Below are positions 19,269-27,871 of a stretch of DNA of 64,000 bases, piece after piece. Position 1 is the first letter of the stretch; the number at the start of each line of letters is the position of its first letter. The stretch spans positions 166,125 through 230,124 of the forward strand of contig CAVQVD010000010.1 in NCBI GenBank assembly GCA_963717045.1. The letters run 5' to 3'. This DNA is from an uncultured delta proteobacterium. GTDB lineage: Bacteria > Desulfobacterota > Binatia > Binatales > Binataceae. The position numbers and the translations under genes were made by a program. The notes under the pieces were generated by a model. That model did not search any database. It worked only from the letters and a program-made list of their open reading frames with translations, and was not told where the DNA came from.

Positions 19269-19529
19269 TCAGGGATGCGGGGGAGGGAAGTTCGCGTCCT
19301 CGACGCATTTGGTGGGAGGTATGGCCTGCGCCAGGCGCCGTCGACGGCTCGGGTAGTTGTTCGCGTTCGCCTGCTTCAATTGCCGTTTGTAACTGGCTCG
19401 CCAGGTGTCCCTTGCCCTCTCGCAAGCTTCTTTTGTTGGAAGGCCGGTCTTGATCGTGCGCGGACTCGGTTCGGTGAGGAGCAAAGTCCAGCTGAGCAGC
19501 GTGAGTCCCGCAACATGGTATGGCTTCAT
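19269..19529 (-). CDS. Possible small secreted protein
   Basis: 86-aa ORF with a hydrophobic N-terminus (MKPYHVAGLTLLSWTLLL). No clear RBS. Confidence 0.25.
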   Translation of the reverse strand: MKPYHVAGLTLLSWTLLLTEPSPRTIKTGLPTKEACERARDTWRASYKRQLKQANANNYPSRRRRLAQAIPPTKCVEDANFPPPHP

Positions 19530-19585
19530 ACTTGCGGTCTAACAGATACGACGATGAAATTGAAAACGCCGGCGCCAAACATCTC

Positions 19586-20056
19586 CTACTCACCCCGCGG
19601 GCGTTTCAGTTCGAACACTCCCAGGTCCGCGATACCGCCGTTCATATAACAGGTATATTCGCCCTCGGCGGCTGGCGGATGGAATCTGGACACGAAGAAC
19701 ACGCACCAGCTCGTATCCTCCTCCGAAACAGTAAAACCGCGGGCGGCGATCTGGCCGTGGACCCAGCCGCGCTGAACGTTGTTGCGACATACCGCGTTGC
19801 CCGGCGCGCATCGGTAGTCGCCTTTGAACTTGTTACCCTCGCGCTTGATGTCGAAGCCGATTTTCGCTTTGGCGCCACCGCCCGCACTGCTGGTCGAGGA
19901 CCCTACCCATATGCCGTTGAAGTTCAGCAGCGGATCGGAAGCCTCGTTTGCCGGGGCTGGGGTCCGCGGCGTATCCGAACCGTTCGTCGAACACGAGCAT
20001 ACGGCCAGCGTCAGCAGGAGCGCGAATGTCGTCGTGGAGGGCATAATAGGTCGCAT
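19586..20056 (-). CDS. Hypothetical lipoprotein
   Basis: Signal peptide plus lipobox (FALLLTLAV/CSCS). 156 aa with several Cys. No family recognised. Confidence 0.6.
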   Translation of the reverse strand: MRPIMPSTTTFALLLTLAVCSCSTNGSDTPRTPAPANEASDPLLNFNGIWVGSSTSSAGGGAKAKIGFDIKREGNKFKGDYRCAPGNAVCRNNVQRGWVHGQIAARGFTVSEEDTSWCVFFVSRFHPPAAEGEYTCYMNGGIADLGVFELKRPRGE

Positions 20057-20260
20057 GGCCTCGTTCGCCGCACGGACCCCGGAACTAAATCAGGACCAAA
20101 CAATTACTAAACACGAAAGCTCAGGAGCATAGTTCCGCAAGTGGCGATGAGCCGGGCCGTCTTCGGCGCGCGCACGATTACTATCGCTGGTGGAGGACAT
20201 GTGTGAAAAGTGGACTCCGCAAGGCGGGGATGCTACCAAAGGAATAGTGGTGACCGGGAC

Positions 20261-20584
20261 ATGAGCGCCGACCCTCGCCGACGCCTTCGGTTGGGCGTGA
20301 TCCTCTTCTTAATTCTCTCCGGCTGCTCGACCGCGGACAAGGAATCAGCGAATTTCTCGAAGGCGCAAAAGTTGCGTAAAAATGCGCTGCTCGCCGCGCG
20401 CCAAGGCGATACCGCGAGCGCCCTCGACGACATCAACCGGGTGCAGGTATTGGAACCGCGCGCGAGTAGATCGCCAGGCTTGACGCCGCCGCCTTTGCGC
20501 GGTCCCGAGCATCGCGCAATTGCGCCCGCCGCCGGTGAAATCACCTGCAACAACATCGGCATCAACCGCTTCTCCTGTTTCTGA
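20261..20584 (+). CDS. Hypothetical lipoprotein
   Basis: Internal ATG 20261 of ORF 20210..20584. Reads MSADPRRRLRLGVILFLILSG/CSTAD (lipobox). Confidence 0.5.
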   Translation: MSADPRRRLRLGVILFLILSGCSTADKESANFSKAQKLRKNALLAARQGDTASALDDINRVQVLEPRASRSPGLTPPPLRGPEHRAIAPAAGEITCNNIGINRFSCF

Positions 20585-20706
20585 ATACTTTTCAAGACTG
20601 AGGCGAGGGCTGGCGTGACCCAGGGGGACCACGCCCTCAATATGCGAATCGACTTTGTGGAGGAGTACGCCCGGAGCGCCGAACTTCTCGCAGACGCGGA
20701 TCGAAG

Positions 20707-20826
20707 TTACCAGGCAATCACGTTGGTCATCATGTACCAAAGACCAACCAGGCCCGCCAGAACGAAAACGAGCATCCCCACATTCTCCCAAAAATGACTC
20801 TCACTGAAGGCGGTCTTCTTTCTCAT
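20707..20826 (-). CDS. Possible 39-aa single-TM peptide
   Basis: C-terminal part of ORF 20707..21123, from MRKKTAFSESHFWENVGMLVFVLAGLVGLWYMMTNVIAW. The upstream part overlaps CDS 21014..21538. Confidence 0.25.
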   Translation of the reverse strand: MRKKTAFSESHFWENVGMLVFVLAGLVGLWYMMTNVIAW

Positions 20827-21013
20827 GTCCTCGGCTGATCCTCTCCCTGAAATGCTCTCGGCAACGCGACTTCTATGCGAGTATACACTCTTTTGTGACG
20901 CTATGGCACTGCCGGAGGTCCGCTCGGTCAGCCATTCAGTCTTAATCGGTGCGGCGAGGCTAGCCCCCGCGCCGCGTTCAGTATGCGCAATGGTTTGCGC
21001 TACCCGTTGAGGT

Positions 21014-21538
21014 TTAATCGATTGCCATAGGAGCACGTCGCCGTGCGGCGATAGGCTGGTGAGGGGTTGGTGCAAGCCCGGTTTCGCGGCCGAAAGCCGG
21101 AACGGTAACGGCAAACGCTTCACCGGGAGAAGCGATTTCTTCAGCCTGCTTTGACGAAGGGCTCGGCATTTCCGGGGCTGTCGTCGTTGACAAGACCTTC
21201 ATTGCTTCCGCGGATTCGTCCGGTGGTTCGGAAAGCGCCTTATACGTCGCGAGGGCAGCGTCGGCGGGACGACGGCGCGGAGGCGCAAGAACAGCTATCC
21301 GGCTAAATTCTGCCGGCGGTTTGCCGAGCGAAATGTAAGTAATTGCAGCCTCGATAAACCGGCGATGTGCAGGAACAAAAATATCATTCAAGTCAGCGGG
21401 ACGCTCTTTTAGTACACTATAGGTCCGAAGCTTCGCGCTCCCGGACGGGCCTTTGTCGTCGTCCAGGGCCAACGGCGGCCGATGGGTCAAAGTCACGGCG
21501 GCGGGACTGTTATCCAGCACTGGAGTCGCTTCGTTCAT
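21014..21538 (-). CDS. Hypothetical protein (174 aa)
   Basis: GAGGT RBS 8 nt before ATG 21538. Non-biased composition. No family recognised. Confidence 0.5.
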   Translation of the reverse strand: MNEATPVLDNSPAAVTLTHRPPLALDDDKGPSGSAKLRTYSVLKERPADLNDIFVPAHRRFIEAAITYISLGKPPAEFSRIAVLAPPRRRPADAALATYKALSEPPDESAEAMKVLSTTTAPEMPSPSSKQAEEIASPGEAFAVTVPAFGRETGLAPTPHQPIAARRRAPMAID

Positions 21539-21847
21539 AATCGCTTACCTCGCTGGTTTCGCTCTGACGCAAGGAAAAACAGCAAGCACAGTGCCATTAC
21601 TTCGGCGGCTGGAAATCGCGCGCCAACCTGCGGCCTAGTCGTGCCTCAGGGTTCGTAGTTCTTGTTCAGACGTGCGAGCGAAGTTGAAACCTGAGACAGC
21701 GACCGGACCACACGCAAAAAAACGCGCGATAGTGAGACAGCGAAGACCGTAAAAGTGAGACGTCGAAACACGAAGGCAGTAAGGATCAGAACTGAGAATG
21801 AAGTGAATAAGTGAAAAGTGAGAAAGTGAAAAAGTAACGATGAAAGT

Positions 21848-21889
21848 AGGCGGCTGGACAATGGCTACGAAACCGCAGCCCAGCCGCCT
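21848..21889 (-). terminator. Candidate terminator hairpin of SDR gene 21897..22667
   Basis: Perfect 10-bp inverted repeat AGGCGGCTGG(21848-57)/CCAGCCGCCT(21880-89), 8 nt after the stop. On the minus strand a T-rich tract follows. The loop is long (22 nt). Confidence 0.4.
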
Positions 21890-21896
21890 CGCGCAT

Positions 21897-22667
21897 CTAT
21901 TGCGCGATCCAGCCTCCGTCAACCGCCATCGGCAGTCCAGTCACGAATGACGACGCCTCCGAACACAGCCATACGACCGCTTCCGCGATCTCCTCAGGTT
22001 TGCCCATCCGTCCCACCGGCTCGGCCGCCTCGAGGTCTTTCTCGGTGTACGTCTCGAGCGTGCTCGCGTCGAGCATCCTGGCGACCATTGGCGTCCGAAT
22101 TACGCCCGGGCATACCGCGTTGACGCGGATGCCCTGTTGCGCGTACTCGAGAGCCGCCGTTTTGGTCATCATGACCACGCCGCCCTTGGACGCGTTGTAA
22201 GCGACCAATCCACGAAACCCGACCAGCCCGGCAACCGACGCGGTATTTACGATCGCCCCGCCGCCGTGCTTGAGCATCTGCGGGATCTCATGCTTCATGC
22301 ATAGCCAAACGCCCTTGAGGTTGATCGCGATGACGCGGTCGAAATTCTCCTCCGTGCATTCGGCGACATTGGCCATGCGGCCTTCGATGCCCGCGTTGTT
22401 GTGCGCGCAGTCGAGCCGCCCCCAAGTCTGCACCACGCGATTCACCATCGCCTCGACCTGCGTGGCGACCGCGACGTCGGCGTGGATAAAGATAGCCTCT
22501 CCGCCAGCCGCTGAGATCTCCTTAACTGTGCGCTCGCCGCCTTCAGGTACATAATCCGCAACCGCGACCTTAGCGCCCTCGCGCGCAAAGGCCATGGCGG
22601 TCGCCCTTCCTATTCCCGACCCGGCGCCGGTGATCAGCGCCACTTTACCTTTTAGATTCGATGTCAT
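21897..22667 (-). CDS. SDR-family oxidoreductase
   Basis: TGAGSGIGRA, NNAG and YNASKGG motifs. 256 aa. Confidence 0.85.
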   Translation of the reverse strand: MTSNLKGKVALITGAGSGIGRATAMAFAREGAKVAVADYVPEGGERTVKEISAAGGEAIFIHADVAVATQVEAMVNRVVQTWGRLDCAHNNAGIEGRMANVAECTEENFDRVIAINLKGVWLCMKHEIPQMLKHGGGAIVNTASVAGLVGFRGLVAYNASKGGVVMMTKTAALEYAQQGIRVNAVCPGVIRTPMVARMLDASTLETYTEKDLEAAEPVGRMGKPEEIAEAVVWLCSEASSFVTGLPMAVDGGWIAQ

Positions 22668-23052
22668 CGGTACGTGCCTCCCAAGCCTTTCATCCCGCCT
22701 GCGGCGACTTTAATCAAGGGGATGCAGCACAGAAGCAAGAGAAAGCAATCTTGGATGGCCCAAACGAACACTGGGACCGCGATAGTCCGACAATAGAGCC
22801 AATCAAAGCCTAACAGAGAGAAGCTAATACATTCAATGCGAAACTATTTATGCTTAAACGACGAATTCTGCGCATTACATATGGAAATGCACTCATATGT
22901 CTGTTAGAAAGCTGTACTAGATGTTTAGACAAGCAAACAGCGCTCTTGATTCCTTTTCACCGCCCCTCAGCTTCGATTCCGCCACCATCGCGAAATCGGC
23001 TGAATTCGCCGGATTAACCCTTAATTACAACTGTCTTTGAGAGGAGAGGAAG

Positions 23053-23361
23053 ATGTCCTGGCTGAAGAAAATTGTCTCTAAACTCAGCGCTCAGAACGTG
23101 GAACAGGTGGTCGAGGAGGTTCTTGACACTATGCCCACGGCGCAGTGCTTGACTGCACAAGCCGTCGAGGCGAGCGAGCCTGCCCCTGACGAGGAAGACG
23201 AGAGTCCAATAAAGCAGCGTCGCTATTTCGTGAAAAAAGGACTTTACGTCGACAACGAGGAAGAGAGGGCGGCCGCGCGCGTTGCTGAATCCAAGGAAGA
23301 GATCGCCGACAGGAGCCCGGTTGACCTCAAGACGCTATTCCCTAAGCTGTCGCTCCGCTGA
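23053..23361 (+). CDS. Small acidic hypothetical protein (102 aa)
   Basis: GAGAGGAGAGGAAG RBS directly before ATG 23053. E/D-rich. No family recognised. Confidence 0.5.
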   Translation: MSWLKKIVSKLSAQNVEQVVEEVLDTMPTAQCLTAQAVEASEPAPDEEDESPIKQRRYFVKKGLYVDNEEERAAARVAESKEEIADRSPVDLKTLFPKLSLR

Positions 23362-23575
23362 GATGCGCAGTTCCGCGTCGCGCGGCCTTGCGTCGAGACG
23401 TCGGCGTGAGGCCGCCACGCGCCCCCCGTTGTGTCGCTATACGCAAGAGGCTCGGTCACTGCCTACTCCATGCCCTTGACAGGTGGGCGCTAAAGTTACC
23501 AAACCAGATCGGTACAACGATATCGTCCGCCCTTGGATCCGCGGTTGCGGGTCGGGCAAGGAGGCTCTTACCACG

Positions 23576-25060
23576 ATGTCGACCGGTCACGTTGCCGATC
23601 CCGCGGCGATTCGCGCACGCCTCAACCATCCCGTAATTGACTCCGACGGTCATTGGCTCGAATTCGGACCTGCTATCACTGAATACCTCGAGCGCGTAGG
23701 CGGCCGCGGAATGCTCGAGGCGTTCAACTCGCGCAACGGACGAATCCTGCACGATCTGGCCCTCACCCTCGACGAGCGTCGCGACGCACGTCGTGCGCAA
23801 CAGAGCTGGTGGTCATTTCCGACCCGCAACACGCTCGACCGCGCCACTGCGATGCTTCCGCGGCTGCTGCACGAGCGCCTCGACGAGCTCGGCCTGGACT
23901 TCTGCGTCCTCTATCCAACCACCGCGCTCGCCGTACCCTTCATTGGCAACGACGAGTTGCGCCGGGCGACCTGCCGAGCCTTCAACACATATGCCGCCGA
24001 GCAGTTCGCCCCATACGCAGACCGGATGACGCCGGCGGCGGTGATTCCCATGAACGAGCCGGCCGAGGCAATCGAAGAGCTCGAGCACGTGGCGAAGACG
24101 CTCAAGCTCAAGGTGGTAGTGATGGCGAGTGTCATCAAGCGGCCGATTCCGGCGGCTGCGCGCCGCTCACCCGAGCTAGCGCGGCACGCGACCTGGCTCG
24201 ATATGTTCGGCCTCGACAGCGCCTATGACTACGACCCGGTATGGGCCAAGTGCGTCGAGCTCGGTATCGCGCCGACCTTCCACTCCAGCGGGCGCGGCTA
24301 CGGGATGCGCGTGTCGGTGTCGAATTTCACTTACAACCATATAGGACATTTCGCGGTCTCGGCGGAGGCGGTGTGCAAGGCGCTGTTTCTGGGCGGCGTG
24401 ACGCGGCGTTTTCCGACGCTCAAGATGGCCTTTCAGGAGGGCGGAGTTGGATGGGCCTGCAACCTGTACGCGGACCTGGTCGGACACTGGAAAAAGCGCA
24501 ACGCCCGCGCGCTGGCAGAAGTCGATCCGGCCAACCTCGATCGCGCGCGTCTGGCCGAGCTGTTCGGCCGTTATGCGAGCCCGGCGTGGACCGGCAAGCT
24601 CGCGCAGTGGAGGCTTGAGGACGAGGGCGGGATGCCCGCAGTGCCGGGGGCAGGGCGTTACGACGACTTCGCGGCGTGCGGAATCGAGCGGGCCGAGGAC
24701 ATCCGAGAACTTTTCTGCCGAAACTTTCACTTCGGCTGCGAAGCCGACGATCCGATGAATGCGTGGGGCTTCAACTCGCGCGTCAACCCTTACGGGGCGA
24801 AGCTCAAGACGCTCTTTGGTTCCGACATCGGGCACTTCGACGTACCCGACATGCGTGAGGTGCTGCCTGAGGCCCGCGAACTAGCCGACGAGGGACTGAT
24901 CGAGGAGCGGGATTTTCGCGACTTCGTGTTCACCAACCCGGTCGGGTTCTGGGGCGGAATGAACCCGGATTTCTTCAAGGGTACGCGAATCGAAAAAGAG
25001 GCGGCGGCCGCTCTGGCAGGGCCGGCCAGCGAGCCAGCCGAGCCGCGCGCCGCTAAGTAA
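23576..25060 (+). CDS. Amidohydrolase-family (Amidohydro_2-like) metal-dependent hydrolase
   Basis: AAGGAGG RBS before the internal ATG 23576. N-terminal HPVIDSDGHWLEF and overall pattern resemble the large amidohydrolase proteins common in Actinobacteria-like genomes. Confidence 0.75.
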   Translation: MSTGHVADPAAIRARLNHPVIDSDGHWLEFGPAITEYLERVGGRGMLEAFNSRNGRILHDLALTLDERRDARRAQQSWWSFPTRNTLDRATAMLPRLLHERLDELGLDFCVLYPTTALAVPFIGNDELRRATCRAFNTYAAEQFAPYADRMTPAAVIPMNEPAEAIEELEHVAKTLKLKVVVMASVIKRPIPAAARRSPELARHATWLDMFGLDSAYDYDPVWAKCVELGIAPTFHSSGRGYGMRVSVSNFTYNHIGHFAVSAEAVCKALFLGGVTRRFPTLKMAFQEGGVGWACNLYADLVGHWKKRNARALAEVDPANLDRARLAELFGRYASPAWTGKLAQWRLEDEGGMPAVPGAGRYDDFAACGIERAEDIRELFCRNFHFGCEADDPMNAWGFNSRVNPYGAKLKTLFGSDIGHFDVPDMREVLPEARELADEGLIEERDFRDFVFTNPVGFWGGMNPDFFKGTRIEKEAAAALAGPASEPAEPRAAK

Positions 25061-25180
25061 TAGTGCACGCGGAGGTTGCTCGTGGCCGCGACGCCTAATA
25101 TTGGTCAGCGACGCGAAAAAAAGTGCTCACCGGATCAAAATATCGAACGCCCGTCTTTTTTAGACCCGGACACCGGCGGT

Positions 25181-25750
25181 CTATAGCAGCTGATCGAAAA
25201 TTTCAAAAGCGCGCTCCCAGTGCTCAGTCGCAGGATTCTTCAGATCGGGATCGATAATCTTGAAGGTGCTTGCGAGCGCAAGACTTAACCCACCAACAAT
25301 TGCGGGCAAACGCGCCTCCGTTTCTTCGCTCAACGGCCGATCGAGCGGTGGTATCGGAGTGGTCTTGTCCACTATACGTTCGAGTCCGATGTCCACGTCA
25401 AGATTCTCGAAATCTCTGATAATCTCTTGAAGTCCCTTGGTAATAGGAAGGTCCCACGGCTGTACTATATCTCGGCCATTCGCGCTCGCAGTGGCCTGAC
25501 TTATGAGCAGCAAATCGTCCACTTTCTGGTCGACAAAGTCGTAGTAGCGTTTAATGTCGGTTTTATCCACGTCCAAGCTCGCGGCGACCCGGAAAAAACG
25601 CTCTATCTGGTGGGTGCCTTGAACATGCTTGTACGGATTCAGGTTATGAACTGGCTGGAATGGATCAGGATTTTTATTTTCCATTTGGGCCGTCCAATCC
25701 CTCCTCAGGTAGTCCTGAGCTGGATACGCCTTGTCCGATGCTGAAAACAA
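25181..25750 (-). CDS. DUF1931-like histone-fold (pseudodimer) protein
   Basis: Motifs IERFFRVAASLDVDKTDIKRYYDFVDQKVDDLLL...ANGRDIVQPWDLPITKGLQE and a second helical half ending ..NPATEHWERAFEIFDQLL match my recollection of DUF1931 (Aquifex Aq_328-type). The gene is visibly A/T-richer than its flanks. ATG 25684 is an alternative start. Confidence 0.6.
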   Translation of the reverse strand: MFSASDKAYPAQDYLRRDWTAQMENKNPDPFQPVHNLNPYKHVQGTHQIERFFRVAASLDVDKTDIKRYYDFVDQKVDDLLLISQATASANGRDIVQPWDLPITKGLQEIIRDFENLDVDIGLERIVDKTTPIPPLDRPLSEETEARLPAIVGGLSLALASTFKIIDPDLKNPATEHWERAFEIFDQLL

Positions 25751-26028
25751 TAATGCAAGTCGTGAACCACGCTGCCAAGCTCACATCACGTCGTGCCGCG
25801 TCCAAGGAATCCACGACTTTGGCTGCTTATAGGCCCATGCTAATGAGGCAAACGCCACGACGCGTGCGGACAGATTGCCCCATTTCGCCCGGCTCCGCAG
25901 GCGGATAAAAGGTTCTCCGCGCCAAGAATCGCGAAGTGACCGCGAGCGCATTGAACCGGCGCTCGCGCCGGTCTTAGCGCTAAGTTTGCAAGTTCCGCAA
26001 AAATCGTTCCCTAAAAATCGAGGCATCG

Positions 26029-27192
26029 ATGAAAGTATCGCTCTTCTATCTTCCGTCGGTCGGTAACAAGGCGCAGGTCGAACAGGGGATGGTTGGACTC
26101 CGCGGCGAACTGTACGACCAGATGTTGCGCGAGGTTTCCGCACAGGCCCGCCTGGCCGACGAGCTCGGTTACGATTCGATAAGCTTCACCGAGCATCACT
26201 TCCACGCCGAGGGCTTCGAGCTCTCCAACAACCCGGTGCTGCTCGACCTCTACATCGGGATGCAGACCAAGCGCTTGCGCGTCGGCCAACTCGGAATCGT
26301 GCTCCCGGCCAATAATCCGATTCGCGTGGCCGAGGATATCGCGATGCTCGACCATATGACCGGCGGACGCGCGAACGCCGGTTTCGCGCGCGGCTACCAA
26401 CGCCGCTGGGTGGACATCATGGCTCAGCAGACTCATGGCATCCACGGCGCGCAGCCGCATCAGCACGACGAGATCGATGCTGCCAACCGCGCCGCATTCG
26501 AGGAATGTTTCCGCATCATCAAGGCCGCATGGACCCAGGACCTGCTGAGCTACCAGGGCAAATACTGGCGCATACCGCCGGGCGAGACGCCGTGGACAAT
26601 CGAGGCCACGGCCAAGTGGGGAAGCGGCGTCGAAGACGGCATCGTCAAGGCGGTGAGCGTGGTGCCCAAGCCTGTGCAGAAGCCGCATCCGCCTATATTC
26701 CAGCCGTTCGCGTCTTCTGAACGCAGTATCCGATGGTGCGCGCAGGAGGGCGTGACCGCGGTGATTCCGCCGCTCTTCCCGGCCTTCGAGCGCCAGTTGT
26801 GCGACGTTTACGCCGAGGTCTCGGGCCGCGCGCCGGGAGAGGGGATGGGCGTGCTGCGCGACATCATCATCGCCGATACCGACGCGGAAGCGCACGCGAT
26901 CTGGCATGAGAGCGGATATTTCTGCGGCCGCGAATGGTTTCTGCCCTTCGGCTTCGCCAAGGGGTTGGAGGATCCGAAAACTGGCGAGACGCCGGACCTG
27001 TTCGAGAACGGGCTCGCGCTTGTCGGCACAGTTGACACTGTGACGCGCCAGGTCGAACGGCTGCTCCAGCGGCTGCCGGTCTCGTGGATTTTCGCCTGGA
27101 TGTACAATGGGCTGATGGCGCACGACCGGCTGATGAAAACGATCGAGCTGTTCGCGACCAAGGTTTTGCCGAGAGTGGCGAACGCTGGCTGA
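26029..27192 (+). CDS. LLM-class (luciferase-like) flavin/F420-dependent oxidoreductase
   Basis: MKVSLFY...YDSISFTEHHF...VLPANNPIRVAEDIAMLDHMTGGRANAGFARG, typical of luciferase-like monooxygenases. Confidence 0.85.
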   Translation: MKVSLFYLPSVGNKAQVEQGMVGLRGELYDQMLREVSAQARLADELGYDSISFTEHHFHAEGFELSNNPVLLDLYIGMQTKRLRVGQLGIVLPANNPIRVAEDIAMLDHMTGGRANAGFARGYQRRWVDIMAQQTHGIHGAQPHQHDEIDAANRAAFEECFRIIKAAWTQDLLSYQGKYWRIPPGETPWTIEATAKWGSGVEDGIVKAVSVVPKPVQKPHPPIFQPFASSERSIRWCAQEGVTAVIPPLFPAFERQLCDVYAEVSGRAPGEGMGVLRDIIIADTDAEAHAIWHESGYFCGREWFLPFGFAKGLEDPKTGETPDLFENGLALVGTVDTVTRQVERLLQRLPVSWIFAWMYNGLMAHDRLMKTIELFATKVLPRVANAG

Positions 27193-27323
27193 GGCTACAA
27201 GAGATCCGCTCGCGGCTGCTGGAAGCGTCGCGAGAGATCGCCGGCAGGAAAACTCCCTCAATGTTCGTTCCATGTATCTTCATCTCGCGCTCTCTCACGA
27301 GGCTGGCGTTTTCGAGGTGACTT

Positions 27324-27743
27324 ATGATCACTGGCGGGTGCTTATGCGGAGCGGTGCGATATGAGGCTGCGGGGAACCCCTTGTTTGCGGTCCTTTGTCA
27401 TTGCCGTGATTGCCAACGAGCATCGGGAACCGGACACGTACCGGTAATGGGCATGCCGAAGTCGTCGTTCTCGGTTCGGGGCGAGACGAAGACCTATACG
27501 GTGCGTGCAACCAGCGGGTTAAGTTCCATCCGTCACTTTTGCCCGACGTGCGGCAGCCTGCTGTTCGGAACCTCCGGAATGGCTCCGGACGCCGTTTCGA
27601 TCTATGTCGGCACTTTAGACGCGCCGTCTGTGTTTCAGCCTAACGCTGTGCTGTTCGCACGAGATCGTCACTCTTGGGACGTGATGGCGGGAGCGCTTCC
27701 GGAGTTTGAGACGATGCCTCCCGGAGCAACCGATCCGGAGTGA
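27324..27743 (+). CDS. GFA-family (CENP-V/glutathione-dependent formaldehyde-activating) protein
   Basis: Cys pattern CLCGAVRY...CHCRDCQR...CPTCGS. Confidence 0.85.
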   Translation: MITGGCLCGAVRYEAAGNPLFAVLCHCRDCQRASGTGHVPVMGMPKSSFSVRGETKTYTVRATSGLSSIRHFCPTCGSLLFGTSGMAPDAVSIYVGTLDAPSVFQPNAVLFARDRHSWDVMAGALPEFETMPPGATDPE

Positions 27744-27871
27744 CAGACACTCCGGAATAGCATATCCCAGACCTCTGGACTTCTTTCCTTTACGCGCGTA
27801 GAGCAGCACTGAAATTGATGCCTGGCTCCGCCAGTTGAGGGCACAGTCGTTTCCGAAAAAGGAGGCGCGTC

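Noticed and set aside
26011-27273. 420-aa minus-strand ORF
   Set aside because: It is exactly antisense to the well-supported LLM oxidoreductase gene (26029..27192). The Arg/His/Ala-rich composition is typical of shadow ORFs in GC-rich DNA.
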